NCBI GenBank assembly: GCA_009914755.4 | Contig: CP068257.2 | Location: 39,104,001-39,168,000, forward strand | DNA from: the human T2T-CHM13v2.0 reference genome, Homo sapiens | Length of the DNA: 64,000 nt | Direction: 5' to 3' | Part shown: positions 13,190 to 27,360 of the stretch, in pieces | Layout: each line of letters opens with the position of its first letter | How positions within the stretch are numbered: position 1 is the first letter of the stretch | Made by a program: the position numbers and the translations under genes | Notes under the pieces: model-generated | Seen by the model: the letters and a program-made list of their open reading frames with translations, nothing else | Databases searched by the model: none | What the model was told of the DNA's origin: nothing

Positions 13190-15896
13190 ACTACAAATGA
13201 TTCTGAATGCCGCCTCTCCATTTGCACAGCACCTTAGGCCCTTCCCAAGCATTTTCACCCATCATTGTCACATTTAATCCTATAGATGTTTATTCTTACA
13301 GACTGCACTAGGTGAGAAGTCAGAGCTCTAGAGAAGAGAAGGAAATTAGTTACCCTGGATTCCGTATTGTGTGTCAGCAAAGCACCAAGATGCCCAAGTG
13401 TGCTCCTTCACTCAGTGGTAATGCATCTACACGTGGCAATATTTCAATCTCCACTGACATGGGTCGCTAGCCCCGTGTCTGCCAAGAAAATATCACCAAG
13501 TGCATTATCAAACTTTATATTCAAAGCTGTAACTATTGCTTCTGTTCTTGGCATGATTAAATAATTAGCTTTTATGGAATACACATTATGTGCTAGGATT
13601 ATGCTAAGTAATCTAAATACAAAACCTTATTTTAATCCTCAAACTACACCTCACAGGCTGCTATTGCTGCTATTTTTATGTCAGAGATGAGAAACCATAT
13701 AAACTTTGAACTCTGTCGTGAGGAACAGAGCTGGGATTTGGTGCTAGGTTGTCAGTTAAGCAGTGACTGTGTTTGGGCTCAGAACCCTTTAAGAATGAGA
13801 AGAAAGTGCTGCACTCTGTCATGAACAAAAAGGACACACACAGTTCTGTTTCCAGCTCCTTAAAGGTCCAAATCCCCACTTAAAACACCTTTGATCTAAA
13901 CATTGCTGCAGATTATTTAAAATTCTCATAATAAGATGTGCTTGGGCTAGGTATGCCGTGTAGTCCTTGGAGCTCATCTAAAGCCTTATAAACTGAATCG
14001 TGTTCCTTTGTAATCACTTAACATTTAGATAGATTGAGGTTCAGTAATCAGATCTTTAAGTCACAGCCACACAAAAACAAGACAACTCTGCTAACATGTC
14101 TTTGGTTATAACATTTATTTCCTGTTTCTTTTTTTGTTGTGTTCTATAAAATCTTAATGACCTACTTTCATATACTTCTTCCAGAATTAAAACTATGATC
14201 AAAAATTGAAAAAACCAAACCAGAAAACATGATTTTTAGAGTGGCTTCCTCCAAAGACATCCTCTAGGCCAGATCCATGGTGAAAATGTAGCACATTCAA
14301 CATACACTGTGGTATTAATGCTAATTTACAACTGCACTACAACCAAATCTCAGTTGGAATTCATTAATTTTGACAGTTTGCCTATCACACTAGAATGAAT
14401 TCGCCGAGTCACAGAAACGTCTCTGAAAAGAGAAGAATCACATTCTCCTTGCTATTAAGTATTCATAACAGACTGGAGTTGAACATTCTCAAGGCAACTA
14501 GACATACCATTAATAATCCCAGAACCTATGAAATGTGGCTTGGGCTTCACCGAGCAGAAACCCGTAGCCACTCAGGTCTCTTTCCTTCTATACCTAATAT
14601 GCACCAGCTGTGTAATGGGCTCCGAAGAGCCTCCGGGGCGCAGGAGGTCATAAAATAGAGTCCATTATTCCACATTGGAAATTTGACTTGATTTGGACTT
14701 GACACTTCATTTGGAGAAATGTCCTGGAGGCATAATTTTTTCTGGAAGTTTGGGGTTGGGGTGAGTGGCTGGCTGTTGCAAATGAATCCTGTGGAACATT
14801 TTTAAACTTAAAGGAATGAGACTTCTTAAATATTTCCTTCATGATGACTTCTCAAAATAAAATTGAGTTGTAAAGTCTGAAAGTTATTACTGGAATGTTT
14901 TAAATTAAACCGACCCAGGATCGCAGATTTCCAAGAGAGAGTGTGAAGACCGTGCCAGTCACAGCATTTTCCACCGTTTGATAAAAATCAAATCTTATCT
15001 GTAAAGACATAACTGTTCTAAGATTTTATAAGCAGAAAATAACGCCCATAGCATCTATCAAGGATGCCCCAGGGCCACAAGCCTGGCACGCTGTCCAGCC
15101 CATGATGCTGTCTCTATAAGAGGCCACCTGATGTGATGTGCTGGAAGACTGTTGCCAAGGCAACACAAACTGCAAGAGAGGAGGGGGTGGGAGCAAGACC
15201 CCGGACTCACAATACCCCAGATTTCAAATCAGTAGATTTAGAGTATTTGCATATTTTGGGGCACCTAGAGTACAATGTTAACAATATAGCACATGCAACT
15301 TGCTCAATGATTACTAAAGCCCAAAACAGAAATTGTTACAAAATATTATGGAATGATCCTGTTACCATCAGAAAAATGTTTAGCCCATAGAAAGTAAACC
15401 TATGACCCCAAGTCACTACCTAAAGACCTATTTTTATGTTTGCATATTTGGACCAACTCTATGCATTTAAAAACAAAATAATTTACATATTTATTGTTTC
15501 TCTCATACTTTTAAAGTATGAGGCCAGTAAACTAGAATGTCAGAGGCAACAAATATGAGCTTCGGTAAGGAAGGTTTGGTAATAAGGATGTGAGCCATAA
15601 GCATGACTGTTCTGAAGAAGTATTTAGGAATGGGTCAAAGTCAACCTTACAGATTCTGAAGTAACACAAAATTAGGCTAGTATTAACTTTGTTGTATTTA
15701 ATGTTTTCATTAGTCACTTAAACACAGGTAGTATGATAGGAGTGATAGTGAGAATAATGTTAACAAGAAGACAATTTCACTAAATACCAGGACAGACACT
15801 GCATGATCTCATGGAATTCCCCATCAACCCACAAGGCAGTTGCAATCATGGTCCTCATGATAAGGAGGGGAAAGTTGAGGCTATAGCTCATGGGGC

Positions 15897-16600
<704 letters not shown>

Positions 16601-18060
16601 GAGGGAAACAAGGATGGTAGAGGAACCAGGGACCATAATATGGGACAAATGTGATAGAATTCTGAAGATTCTGCAATGACTGCTGTGGGCAGGAGGATGA
16701 AATCTATTATATCACCCTAGGACCCTCCCTTCCTTTAAGAATGAAGTTAAAGAGAGGCAGATGCCACCACCATGTAAGGCAGAACATTCTAACAATTAGA
16801 ACTGCCCAACATTGAACATACTGAAATGTTTTCAAGGAGAATGGTGTATTGGAGATGCCAAGAACCTTGAAGGTTGACTCAGCAATATCTAGTCTCTTAC
16901 TCATTCCAATTAAGAGTCATGAAATCACAAGAAGAATGCATGTTTCTCTGCCTTAGAGGAGATACACTGATTCAATAACTTCATCTCCTTGGAGGCTCCT
17001 TGCCTGACTGATGTGGACAAGGTCCTCTAATTAATCACACATTAGCTCTGATTCCTAAAATAGCTCATACAATTATTGAGGCAATTTCAAGTGAGCATGC
17101 TTTGCAAAATAAGTTACTTTTGCCCCTATACTAGTCCTAATTAGCTACTTGTATCATAAAACTAGAAAAGTCTAGCCTGAATCCAAGACAAATGCATACA
17201 AATGATGAATATGAAACACTTTTTGAGAGGACTTAAAATGTGAAGAAAGCAATATATGTGACTATTATCACCATTTAATGGTACTTTGTGCGAGTCCTGG
17301 GCTTGGAGCCAGCACCACGGATATGATGATCACTTGCTATTTTTTCTACTATTTCAGAGTCTCTGCTTTTCTATGCTGGGTAAGATCCATGTGATTGGCA
17401 GGTCAGACGATGCATAAAGTGATTTGAGGCAATTACAGCGACAGTTAAAGATTAATATGGGAAAATACTCTCATCTATTTTTTTCTTCCTGTATCTGAGA
17501 AACTTTCTCTAAAATCATTACCTTCCTGACCTATACAAAAGAGGCCCCAGGTATGGCAAACTGTGCCAGGCACTGGGAGGGTGCAGACATGCATGCAGGT
17601 GCTGGAGGGGCAAAAGGCCAGGTAGTTGCTGCACTCGTAAATAACCCACTGGAGAGGCACTTACAGGGAGGCAGGCTGGAGACAAGTGCCAGGGGAGGTA
17701 TGAACCAGGAGCTTGGAAAGAACAGAGGAGCCTGCTGGATACTGACTGATGGGACTGAGGAGGTTGCTGCCTGCAGTTTCTTTTGCGGTTTCAATTCCCT
17801 ACTCCCAGTCTACTTTTTGGTGAGACCTCACATTGGAGAAGCGGAATTACTCCACTGGGGGTAATTTTGCCCTCCCTAGGGAAAATTAGCAATGTTTGGA
17901 GATACTGTTGATTGTCATGAGGGAGGGTTTGGGGAGTGCTATGCCATCTAATGAGTAGAGGCCAGGGATGTGGCCAAACATCCCACTGTGTGTGGGACAG
18001 TCCCTCCCATTGAAGAACCATCCAACCCAAAATGTCAATAGGCCGCTGCTGAGAAACCTT

Positions 18061-18880
18061 GCCTCTGAGCATGGCACCCATAGACTGTGGGTCCTGCTCT
18101 CCCTCTGGCCCATGAGTGACTTATCAGAGAGGTGAGTTTGGGAAGAGAAAGTGACACGCCTCCTTTTCTTCTCCCCTCTAGCCTCCTTGACCTCAGGGGC
18201 CATGCCCACTGCTCTGCTCTGCTCCACTCTCCCCATGTTAAGTTGCAGCAAGACCCTGCTTGTGGTTGGGGGAAGGGCTCCAGGGGCCTGGCTTGGTTTG
18301 GTTCTGGGGTTTAGGATTAGCAAGGCCATTGCTGCCACCCGTCAGCACCACATTGTCAAGCTCAGACTTTGTCATAAACAGATGATATTTGATCTCCACC
18401 TGACCCCTCTCTATATCTTTCTGTTAATTGATTCCAAATATAGGCAGGGAGCTGGGGTGTCTTGGCATCCGTAAACCCCGACATCACTTACTGTTGAATC
18501 TTAAACAGATGATGGGCCCTAACTTAATTATACAAATGTCAGTCCTTAATAAATGATAAGCAGAGTAAGCCCTGTGAGGATTAACTTAGATGTGCATTAG
18601 ATGCGATGTGGGGTCATCTAGAAATCGGAGTCACCCCAAGAAACGCTAAATGTTGTCAAAAGATGACACTGAGAGTCTCCAATCCAAGGAAATTTTCACC
18701 TGAAGCTTTCCACTTTAACAGCATCTACAGAGATCAAGCTACGGGGCTACAAGAGGAGAGCAGGAGGAAGATAAGAAAAGGGGCACGCTGCTTCCTCTTC
18801 CCAAACCCATCTCTCAGATAAGTCACTCATGGGCCAGAGGGAGAGAAGGACCCACAGCACATGGGTGCCATGCTTGGATG
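18061..18880. repeat. Palindromic (hairpin-type) element with inverted arms of about 120 bp, probably a non-autonomous DNA-transposon fossil
   Basis: 18061-18180 (cctctgagcatggcacccatagactgtgggtcctgctctccctctggcccatgagtgacttatcagagaggtgagtttgggaagagaaagtgacacgcc...) is the reverse complement of 18757-18880 (...ggcacgctgcttcctcttcccaaacccatctctcagataagtcactcatgggccagagggagagaaggacccacagcacatgggtgccatgcttgg) at about 85-90% identity. Confidence 0.5.
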
Positions 18881-20869
18881 CAGGGAGCCTTGAAAAATAC
18901 TTTTAAAAATATTCAAGAGCCACCTTGAGAAAGGCCTCTTTAAGAGACAAAGGGGCCAGAGCTTAGAGTCAAGCCATGCATACACAAAGGACAGAAAGGT
19001 CTTCCATCCAACCTGTGTAAATCACTGCACTTTCTTCTATCAGGGTGAGCCTCAATCTGCTTCTTCGAATGTAAATCCAATTGTCGGAGAGGTCTACAGA
19101 TAATGTTTACCAAGCAGCCTCTTAGGAAAAATTCAACTGGGACCTCCATCCCACCATTCCAGCCAGAGTTTCAATATGGCTCGTTCACACTTGATTTCCA
19201 CACCCTTCTTTTCAGTTAATACCCTTTTTTCCTTCTAATGTTGTATGAAAATGTAGACTCTGAGGGTTGTTTTCCTGCTTGTTTAATACGTGCAGTCTCT
19301 ACCGTCCCTCAGCTTTGTCAGTCCACCTTCTTGGGTTCTGAATGTTCTCATGTATTTATGTAGACAAACGTGAATGTGCTTTTGGAAGAGAAGAGAGTAG
19401 ACAAAGTAAGAAGAGAATCTTGGATTTTGACTTGTTATTGTCACAAAACAGAAATGCTGGTTGGTTCAATATTTAAACTGGTCAACTATTCACAAATGAA
19501 TTTTTAAAAAATTGCTAAAGCATTGAGAGATAAATTAGCAAAGGAATTCATTACTCTCTGTTCTCTTTGCCTGTACATATATGTTATTTGCATGTATCAC
19601 ACTGAGGGTACTGATCCACGTGTTTTTCTCCTCCAGTTGATTTAAAGTTCCAAATGGGTAAGTACTGCATCCTATTATGCTTGCATTTCTAACACCTAGT
19701 ACGGCACTGATACAAGCTAGATGACTATTTGTGTTTACTGAATTAAATTCCATTCAAAAGATACATGAGCAGGCAAGTAGCAAGGAGGAAATACAACTAG
19801 TTAAGGAACGTATACAATTTACAGCAATTAAGGAACTGTTACAAACTGCCACAGTGTTTAAAACACACTTGCTTTCATCTGAAATGAGTGTGTGCATGTT
19901 TTAGAAAGCAAGTTGGCTATAGGTGTCAAGATCCCAAAAAAAGGCTGCAAACTCTTGCCCAGTATTTCCACTTTTGGGGGCCTATTTTGTAATACAAATA
20001 TTTACCATTTGTGCAGTACCCACCTACATTCCAGACACACTGTGCTAAGAGATTTGAAATGTCATTGCATCCTTTAGCCCTCAAAGAACAACCACCAGCA
20101 CCTTATAGGGTAGAGATTAGTCCTATTTTAAGAAGGAGGACAGATATTAACTAATGTATGAAAGATCACAAAGGCCACATGGCTAGAAAGTGACAGAGTC
20201 ATGATTCAAACCCAAATCTGTTGCATTCTGCACTATTTTTTATTTACAGCATTTCTGATACCAAATGGGCAGACTTTTTTCTCACACCAACCAATTCTCT
20301 CTGGAAGAGCAAATGCATATCCTACATTTCAGATCAGTTCTGACACTCACTACCCAGAGGTAGTGCAGACTTCCCCACCCCCAGCTTAAGGGCTCCATTC
20401 CCCGAGATTGCCCTCACTTCTGATGCCAGGTGCAAGTAGCTCATCCCCAGGCTACCCACACTTCAGTCCAACTTGAATACAAAGTCAAGGGGAACCTATG
20501 AATCTCCCCTTTCAGTTTTCATAATTTGCTAGAACTGCTCACAAAACTCAGGAAATCACTTTACTTAGTATTATCAGTTTCAAATAAAGGATGTAACTCA
20601 GAAATAGCCAAATGTGAGGAGAGATGCATAGGGCAAGGTATGGGGAAAGGGACACAGAGCCCCTACTCCCTCCCTGGACGCATCACCCTCTCTTCACTCA
20701 AGGATATTTACCCACCCAGGAGCTCTCCTCTGAAGCCCATCATTTAGGGGGCTTTCTGGTGGTTCTATTACATAGGCTTGATTGATGACATCATTGGCCA
20801 TTGGTAACTGAACTCAACTTCCAGCTCCTCTTCTCTCTCCAAAAGTCAGGGGGTAAGCTCATGGGGGCC

Positions 20870-21260
20870 GTGGGTATATTAGTTTGCTAGGGCTGTAACG
20901 AAATATCACAGGCTGGGCAGCTCAAACAACAGAAATGTATCTTGTCATGGTTCTGGAGGTTAGAAGTTCAAGATCACAGTATCCACAGGGTTGATTTCTT
21001 CTGAGGCTTCCCCAATTGTGACCAACCCTGTCACTGTGACTTGGTCTTTTTGGTGTGCAGCCCCCCATCCTGAAGGTATCTAGGGCCTCCAACCACCTCA
21101 TTAGAACAAAAGAGGCTTCCTTCACACTTGTCATTCAGGACATCTCAAGGGTTTTAGGAGCTCCTGTGTCAAGAACCAGGGACAAAGACCAAATATCTTT
21201 CTATGATGTCACAGATTGTCAAGCCCAAGCTTCTTTCTTCTATAACATATACTGAAGTTA
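20870..21260 (-). mobile_element. Solitary ERVL-MaLR LTR (MLT1-like) fragment
   Basis: tattagtttgctagggctgtaacgaaatatcacaggctgggcagctcaaacaacagaaatgtatcttgtcatggttctggaggttagaagttcaagatcacag. Confidence 0.5.
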
Positions 21261-21826
21261 CAATCTTAAATAGCATAGGTTTTTTTTTGCACCAAGTTAT
21301 TCTTTTTAATTTTACTTAAAAACCCTTATAGAATTGAAAATTATATAACTACTCCACAAGAAGAAGATAGTTTATTGTGGAACTTTAGTTTTATGGAATA
21401 TTATGGATCAAAAATTACATTTAAAAAGACCGTGAAACACTATAGAAAATACTTAAGATAAAATGTTAAGCAGAAAGCAAAATTACAGTCACACAGTGAT
21501 TTCAATCAGAAAGCAAGTTGATGCTACGGAACAAATACTGTAAGGAAGATTCTAGAATTATGGGAGTTAGGACAATAGACAATATTTTCCTTTATTCTAA
21601 TTTCTTATTTTTACTAATGGATTGCTTTACTAGTGAATTTCTTGAATTCTGACTCTTGGTTATAAAATAAAAGGCAGGCTTTAATTTCACTGTAAGGCAG
21701 AAATGATACATATTATAGGATCACAAGCGTATATATATAAAAAATAGAGACACACAGCTTTATAAGGAAATACATCAACATTTTACCCAGTTACTGGAGA
21801 GGTTTGCTTTTAAAAACTCAGCAACC

Positions 21827-22117
<291 letters not shown>

Positions 22118-23049
22118 TCAGCAACCTGTCTGGGTTCATGTGTCATGACTATCAGGTGATTATAGGGCTGATGACACTAAGCCACAGGGAGAGGAACACA
22201 ATCTCCGCAGGCAGAAAGAGCATCTCATTCTCTGCTGGCTTTCCAGAGCCTGGCCACATCCAGCATCCAGCTGACCTCAGAAGGGGCTCTTGAGTGGGTT
22301 CTGGGCTCCCAGTCTTCCAGCCCATATCAAGGTGAGGTGCAGCCTTACCTCCTGTCATGCAGAAACCACCTTCTTTTTCTGAAGGCACAGTCAATAAAAT
22401 GATCCTCCCATTCAAGTCTCCCTTTCTGACCACACTTTAGTCTGAGAGGTAGCTCTCATTTCAGGGGAGTGATAGCCTTCAAGGGATGCTGTGGCTCCTA
22501 CTAGTGGGAGGCATATGTTTCATTCATGTGAAATGCATTTCACGACAGTCTTGGCACAGAGAAGGGTCTGCTCTGTTATGTACCCCCTCCCCGTAAGTAG
22601 CAATAGTTGATTGTATTTGCTTGATATTTTACATCAGAAGAACAATTAGTTTCTTGCTTTTGAGAGGTTACCAAATAAGGTTTTAAAAATTTTACCAAGA
22701 AACTAAATTAAATTAAAATGCACAACAGGTTGCAGGTAGACCATGCCAATGCATGAAATTCTAACTCTTGCTCTTTTTCTAAAGCAAACAGTGGGAAAGA
22801 GTTGCATCAGGGACCCAGAGCTGGTTCTGTAACCACTTAATTGTAATCGCATCTTCTTCTGCCCTTCATTAAGGACAATCCTAACTGTTGTAACAAACAA
22901 ACCCCAGAATTTCAGTGGTCCAAGCTAACAGGCATTTACATCTTGCTTAGGAGTCACATGAAGGTCACCCCAGTAGTGTTCATGATTGGTGGGTGCCCTT
23001 CCTCTACACAACAATTCAGGAACCTTGGTTCTTGCCTTTTGGAGACCTC

Positions 23050-23250
23050 TCATGTCCTCTATCCCAGTGTTTTTCAAAGTGGAGGTCAATTAGAATCACC
23101 TAGAGTGATTGTTCAAAGACAGATTGCGGGGCCCCACCCCAGAGAATCTGATTCAGTAGGTCAGGAATGGGCCCCAGGTTTTGCGCATCTCACAAATCAT
23201 CGAGTGACGTTGATGCTGCCAGTCAGGGGACCACACTTGGAGAAGCAAAG
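23050..23250. mobile_element. hAT-Charlie-type non-autonomous DNA transposon (MER5-like)
   Basis: cagtgtttttcaaagtggaggtc...ggccccaccccagagaatctgattcagtaggtcagg...ggccccagg, which is the MER5 motif set (cagtggttctcaaagtgtggtcc / gccccaccccagacctactgaatcaga). Confidence 0.4.
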
Positions 23251-23819
23251 TCCTAGAACCAGATAGCAGAGAATGCAGAGAAACACACTTCCTGCTTCAC
23301 TACCAAGGCTTGGAAGGTGCATCACTTCAACTCGCCATCCCTCAGCAGGGGCGAGTCACACGGACAATCCCCAACAAGGTGAGGGATGGAAACCACAGCC
23401 TGTGTCTGGGCAGCTGCTTCCCAGCTCCAACCCTGCAGGAAGAAGGGGGAGCATGAGTTCTGGTGGGGAGTGCACCATTTCTGCTAGCGTCCAGTGATGC
23501 TTTTACAGAGCTGGCTGTCCTTCCCATGGATCATCATGTTCCTTTTCTCCAGATTTTAATGTGGTATTATTTGTACTGAGACTAAAGGAGAGGATTATAG
23601 TCTTATCTTGTCACCATTCTTAATTTCAGCCATAGGCAAAGAGGAAAGAACAAGGACAACCAAACCTAGACAGGCGACAAGAGGACAATGGCAGGAGCAC
23701 TGTCTGCAGCAATGCTAGGGGGGAGGTGGGGGCCATGCCCTTGAGGAGTCGGACAGAGAAATCCACCTGCTCAGGGAAGGGGCAGCCCCAGAGAGGCTGG
23801 TCCAGCAAAAGGATGTATT

Positions 23820-24180
23820 CTTTGACAACAACTTTCTTGTTGCTGGGGCTGCCATAACAAAGCACTACAGATGAGTGGCTTAAACAACTGAAATTTAGTT
23901 CTCACAGTCCTAGATGCTAGAAGTCCAGGACCAAGTTGTCTGCAGGATTGGCTCTTCCTGGGGCCTCTCTCTTTCCTGTGTCTTCACAGGGCTATCCCTC
24001 TGTGTGAGTCTTTGTCCTAATCTCCTCTTCTTATAAGGATGCCAGTCAGACTGCATTAGAGCCAAACTTAATGACATTATTTTAACTTCATCACCTCGTT
24101 AAAGACTCTATCTCCAAATCCAGTCACATCCCGAGGTACTGGGGGTTAGGAATTCAACATATAATTTTTTTAAAAGTACA
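23820..24180 (-). mobile_element. Solitary ERVL-MaLR LTR (MLT1-like)
   Basis: gctggggctgccataacaaagcactacagatgagtggcttaaacaactgaaatttagttctcacagtcctagatgctagaagtccagg...cctaatctcctcttcttataaggatgccagtcag...aggtactgggggttaggaattcaacatataa. Confidence 0.55.
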
Positions 24181-24422
24181 GTTTGGCCCATAACCCTGGG
24201 GATAAACTGTAGTTTTAACTTCCCGAAATCAGTTAAAACTTAGAGAATTAGTTTTTTTTTTTTTTTCCCCCAGAAAAGAAATTATCTCCTGATTCTGGCA
24301 GGCAGTTCAGTGTCAGTGGCTTCTTTCACTTTACAGTTTCCAGAAATGATTTTCAATATTCAGTCCATCATCACAAGTGGAAATGTCCATTGGGAAAGGC
24401 CACCTCTAGATGATGCAGGTGT

Positions 24423-24424
<2 letters not shown>

Positions 24425-24456
<32 letters not shown>

Positions 24457-24464
24457 CAACATTT
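24425..24464. repeat. Pure poly(T) homopolymer of about 40 nt
   Basis: An uninterrupted T run with no adjacent Alu body. It may be the remnant tail of a deleted retroposon. Confidence 0.9.
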
Positions 24465-25929
24465 AAACCAAGAGCTACAGCAAACCCTTGCTAACTCCTC
24501 ACCTGGGAACATGTGACAACACCTGTATGTGGGCAGAGGAAATGCCTGGAGCTGACAACCCTTTAAAGCAACTGCTAGAAAGCGCCTAAGACAGTGCTCT
24601 GTAAATTTTGACACAAATAAAATGTACAACTCCTTTGAGGATAAAAAACTCTAAATTTAATACAGAAGTCTTCTTTGAGATTTGAAATGTGAAGTTTCAA
24701 ATACAGTTAGCTTTGAGCCGTGCCAATCCAAGCATGGCAGGTTTTACTGCAGCCACTTTGCAAAGCTAAGGGGAGATGAGGAGATAGTTTGGCCAGAATA
24801 TTAAAGCCATATATTCAGTCCCTGCCAGACAAACTAACGGCAGCCCAGGTAAAGAGGGCAGAGAATTGTCCACAGCATTTGCTGACCCCATGTGCCTCCT
24901 CCCCCAATATGTTTCCCACACATTAGAGCCATTGGGAATAAAAAGCTCTTCTTTAAAATTCAAAACTTCCATGGAGCATCAAGCCTTATTTACATTTGAG
25001 TGCAAATTACTTTAATCATATAATTTTCAGCATTTGTTGAGTGCTGCTGTGTATTTCAAGAATGTACAATTTCATTTTGGATAAAGTGAATGGAAGGGAA
25101 GTTTAGGATCCATCTGGAAGGAGTCAAGGTCTTTGACCCAAGTAAGGCAGGCTAACAACCATAGGCTTTGAGGTGGTAGAGACACTGGGGCTGAGAGGAG
25201 GACTCAGAAGGACAGGGAGGATGGCAAGTGTGAAGTGACTACTTTGAAATGCCTGGAGGCACTGAGATAAGTGGCACAGTTCTGAAATATATCTGCTGTG
25301 ATTTACAAAGGTTTTAGTGGAAGTAACAGAAGTTGGTAATGATGCTAAGCTCAGAAGATCTCAGATTGGTATTATCCTCCAACTCTAGGTTAGGCAGCTT
25401 ATAGTCTCTCAAACTGATTGACAATATCTTAGCTAGGTAACTACTGTGTGGCATGCAGAAGGACAAAGGCTGTTACACTTACTCAGAATTTAGTGGGGGC
25501 ATAGGAATAAGATGAGAACACCAAGGCCCTCTTATGGAAGATTAACCTGAAGTCAGTGCAGAAAAAGTGACTGGAAATGGAGAAAGAGGATGAACACAAA
25601 ATAGTGAGAGTGGTCTCTGGTTTTCTAAAGCATGAGACTCTGACATGCTGAAAAGATCAAGTCTAGCTTGGGCAATGATTTACTTCCTTGGTTTTCTAGT
25701 TTTTCAGCTAAAAAACTGACACTTAAAAATGTCTACAGTGAAATGCTGTTGGACAGAAGGGATACAATTATATATTTAAAATGGACAAATGGGTGCTTAA
25801 TATCTTTCATATTCACATGTTAATAAAACATGTGAATGCACATGCATGCACTCTTCCAGAATCACTCTACCAACTGTTTTCCACCTATGCACACTAAAGG
25901 AACTTATCTTCTCTGCTGTCTTCCTGAAT

Positions 25930-26290
25930 AGCAGTTCTCAAACCATGGTTCCCCATACCAACAGCATCAGCCTTACCTGAGTGATTACTAGAAATGCAAT
26001 ATCTCAGCCCCCCAAACTCAGAGTGACAGAGTAAGAAAAGTCACCTGTGTGTTTAACAAGTCCACTGGGTAAATTTAATGCATGAAGTCTGAGAACCACT
26101 CTTCCAGACTAGCAGGTTCTAGCTACCTGGCTGCACGGTAGATTCACCTGGATACTTCTTAGAAAAGCAGTAATACTGCAGCCCCATCCAGATGAAATAA
26201 ATCAGAATGTCTGTCAATAGGATCTGGGCTGAGATTTTTATTTTTTAAAATTTCCACCAGGTGATTCGAATGAGCAGCTCAGTATACTGA
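25930..26290. mobile_element. Two adjacent hAT-Charlie/MER5-like non-autonomous DNA-transposon fragments
   Basis: Terminal motifs gcagttctcaaaccatggttcccc and tgagaaccactcttcc form an inverted pair. Internal motifs are cagcatcagcc...tagaaatgcaatatctcag and, in the second copy, ccaccaggtgattcgaatgagcagctcag. Confidence 0.4.
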
Positions 26291-27235
26291 CCTGAGTAAC
26301 TCCAGATGAGGTGTTACTTAGTGTTCTTGTATTGACTATTCCTATATGTTCATTCCTTCATTTCCTTAAATGAGAATTTCTACTGTATGCCAAGAACTGC
26401 AGTAGGTGCTGAGAATACAAGATAGATAGAGATCACACATTTCTAGAGTTTTTAGTCTGGTGGGCATCAGAAAAAGCCCACCACGTACAGCCACACAAGT
26501 TGTGCACTGGCCAACTTCAATGGGCACCCTTCGTATCTTTATGTACAACCTAGACAGTCACATGCGACATCTGAGGTTGAAGTCCAAGGTAACCTTGGCA
26601 TTTTAAGATGGAGAATATATAATTCCAAGCAGCTTTAGCCTTTGTCACTGGTACTGCCAAATCCTGAACAGGAGGTCCCAGCAGAACTAAGGACAGTGAA
26701 TTGATTTCTGATTACTTCACTATGCAGCTCATTTCCCAATTTCTTTTTCTGGTAGCTCATTATTGGTGTAGCTCATAGACATGCAACTAATTTTTGTATG
26801 TTGATTTTTGTATCCTGCAACTTTAATGAATTTGTTTAAAGATGGAGAAAGGGGTCAGGAGCCAAGGAATATGAGGAGCACCACTGTAGGGCTGGAGAAG
26901 CCAAGGGAATGGGTTCTCTTCTACAGACTCTGAAAGGACATGGTCCTACTGACACACTGATTTTCATCCAGTGAAAGTGATTTTGTACTTCTGTCCTTCA
27001 GAGTTGCAAGAGAATAAATGTATGTTGTTTTAAGCCACTACGTTTGTGATAATTTGTGACAGCAGCAATATAAAACTGATACATATACACAAATAAAGAA
27101 AATCCAGAAAACAGAGTAGAGGTTTGAGAAAGCAGTTAAGGGCAGCTGAAATTTAATGATCTCCCTTTAGTGGGCCAGGGTCTGTGCTGGTTACTTTGAA
27201 TGGATTACGTCCTATCCTTACAACAGTTGTTTGAG

Positions 27236-27360
27236 ATTGTCATCATCATCACCAGATTCATTGTTACTGTTATTGCCATCTTCACTGTCATGATCATCAT
27301 TGCCATTATTGTCAATATCATCATCATCCTTTTAATTAACATTTTCATCATTATTTTTAT
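27236..27360. repeat. Imperfect (ATC/ATT)n low-complexity tract
   Basis: catcatcatcacc...atcatcattgccattattgtcaatatcatcatcatcc. The 65-aa Ile-rich ORF on the track here is a repeat artefact. Confidence 0.8.

Noticed and set aside
17886-18338. 150-aa ORF on the minus strand in a relatively GC-rich stretch
   Set aside because: It overlaps the left arm of the 18061-18880 palindromic repeat and shows no recognisable protein similarity. GC-rich DNA yields long stop-free frames by chance.
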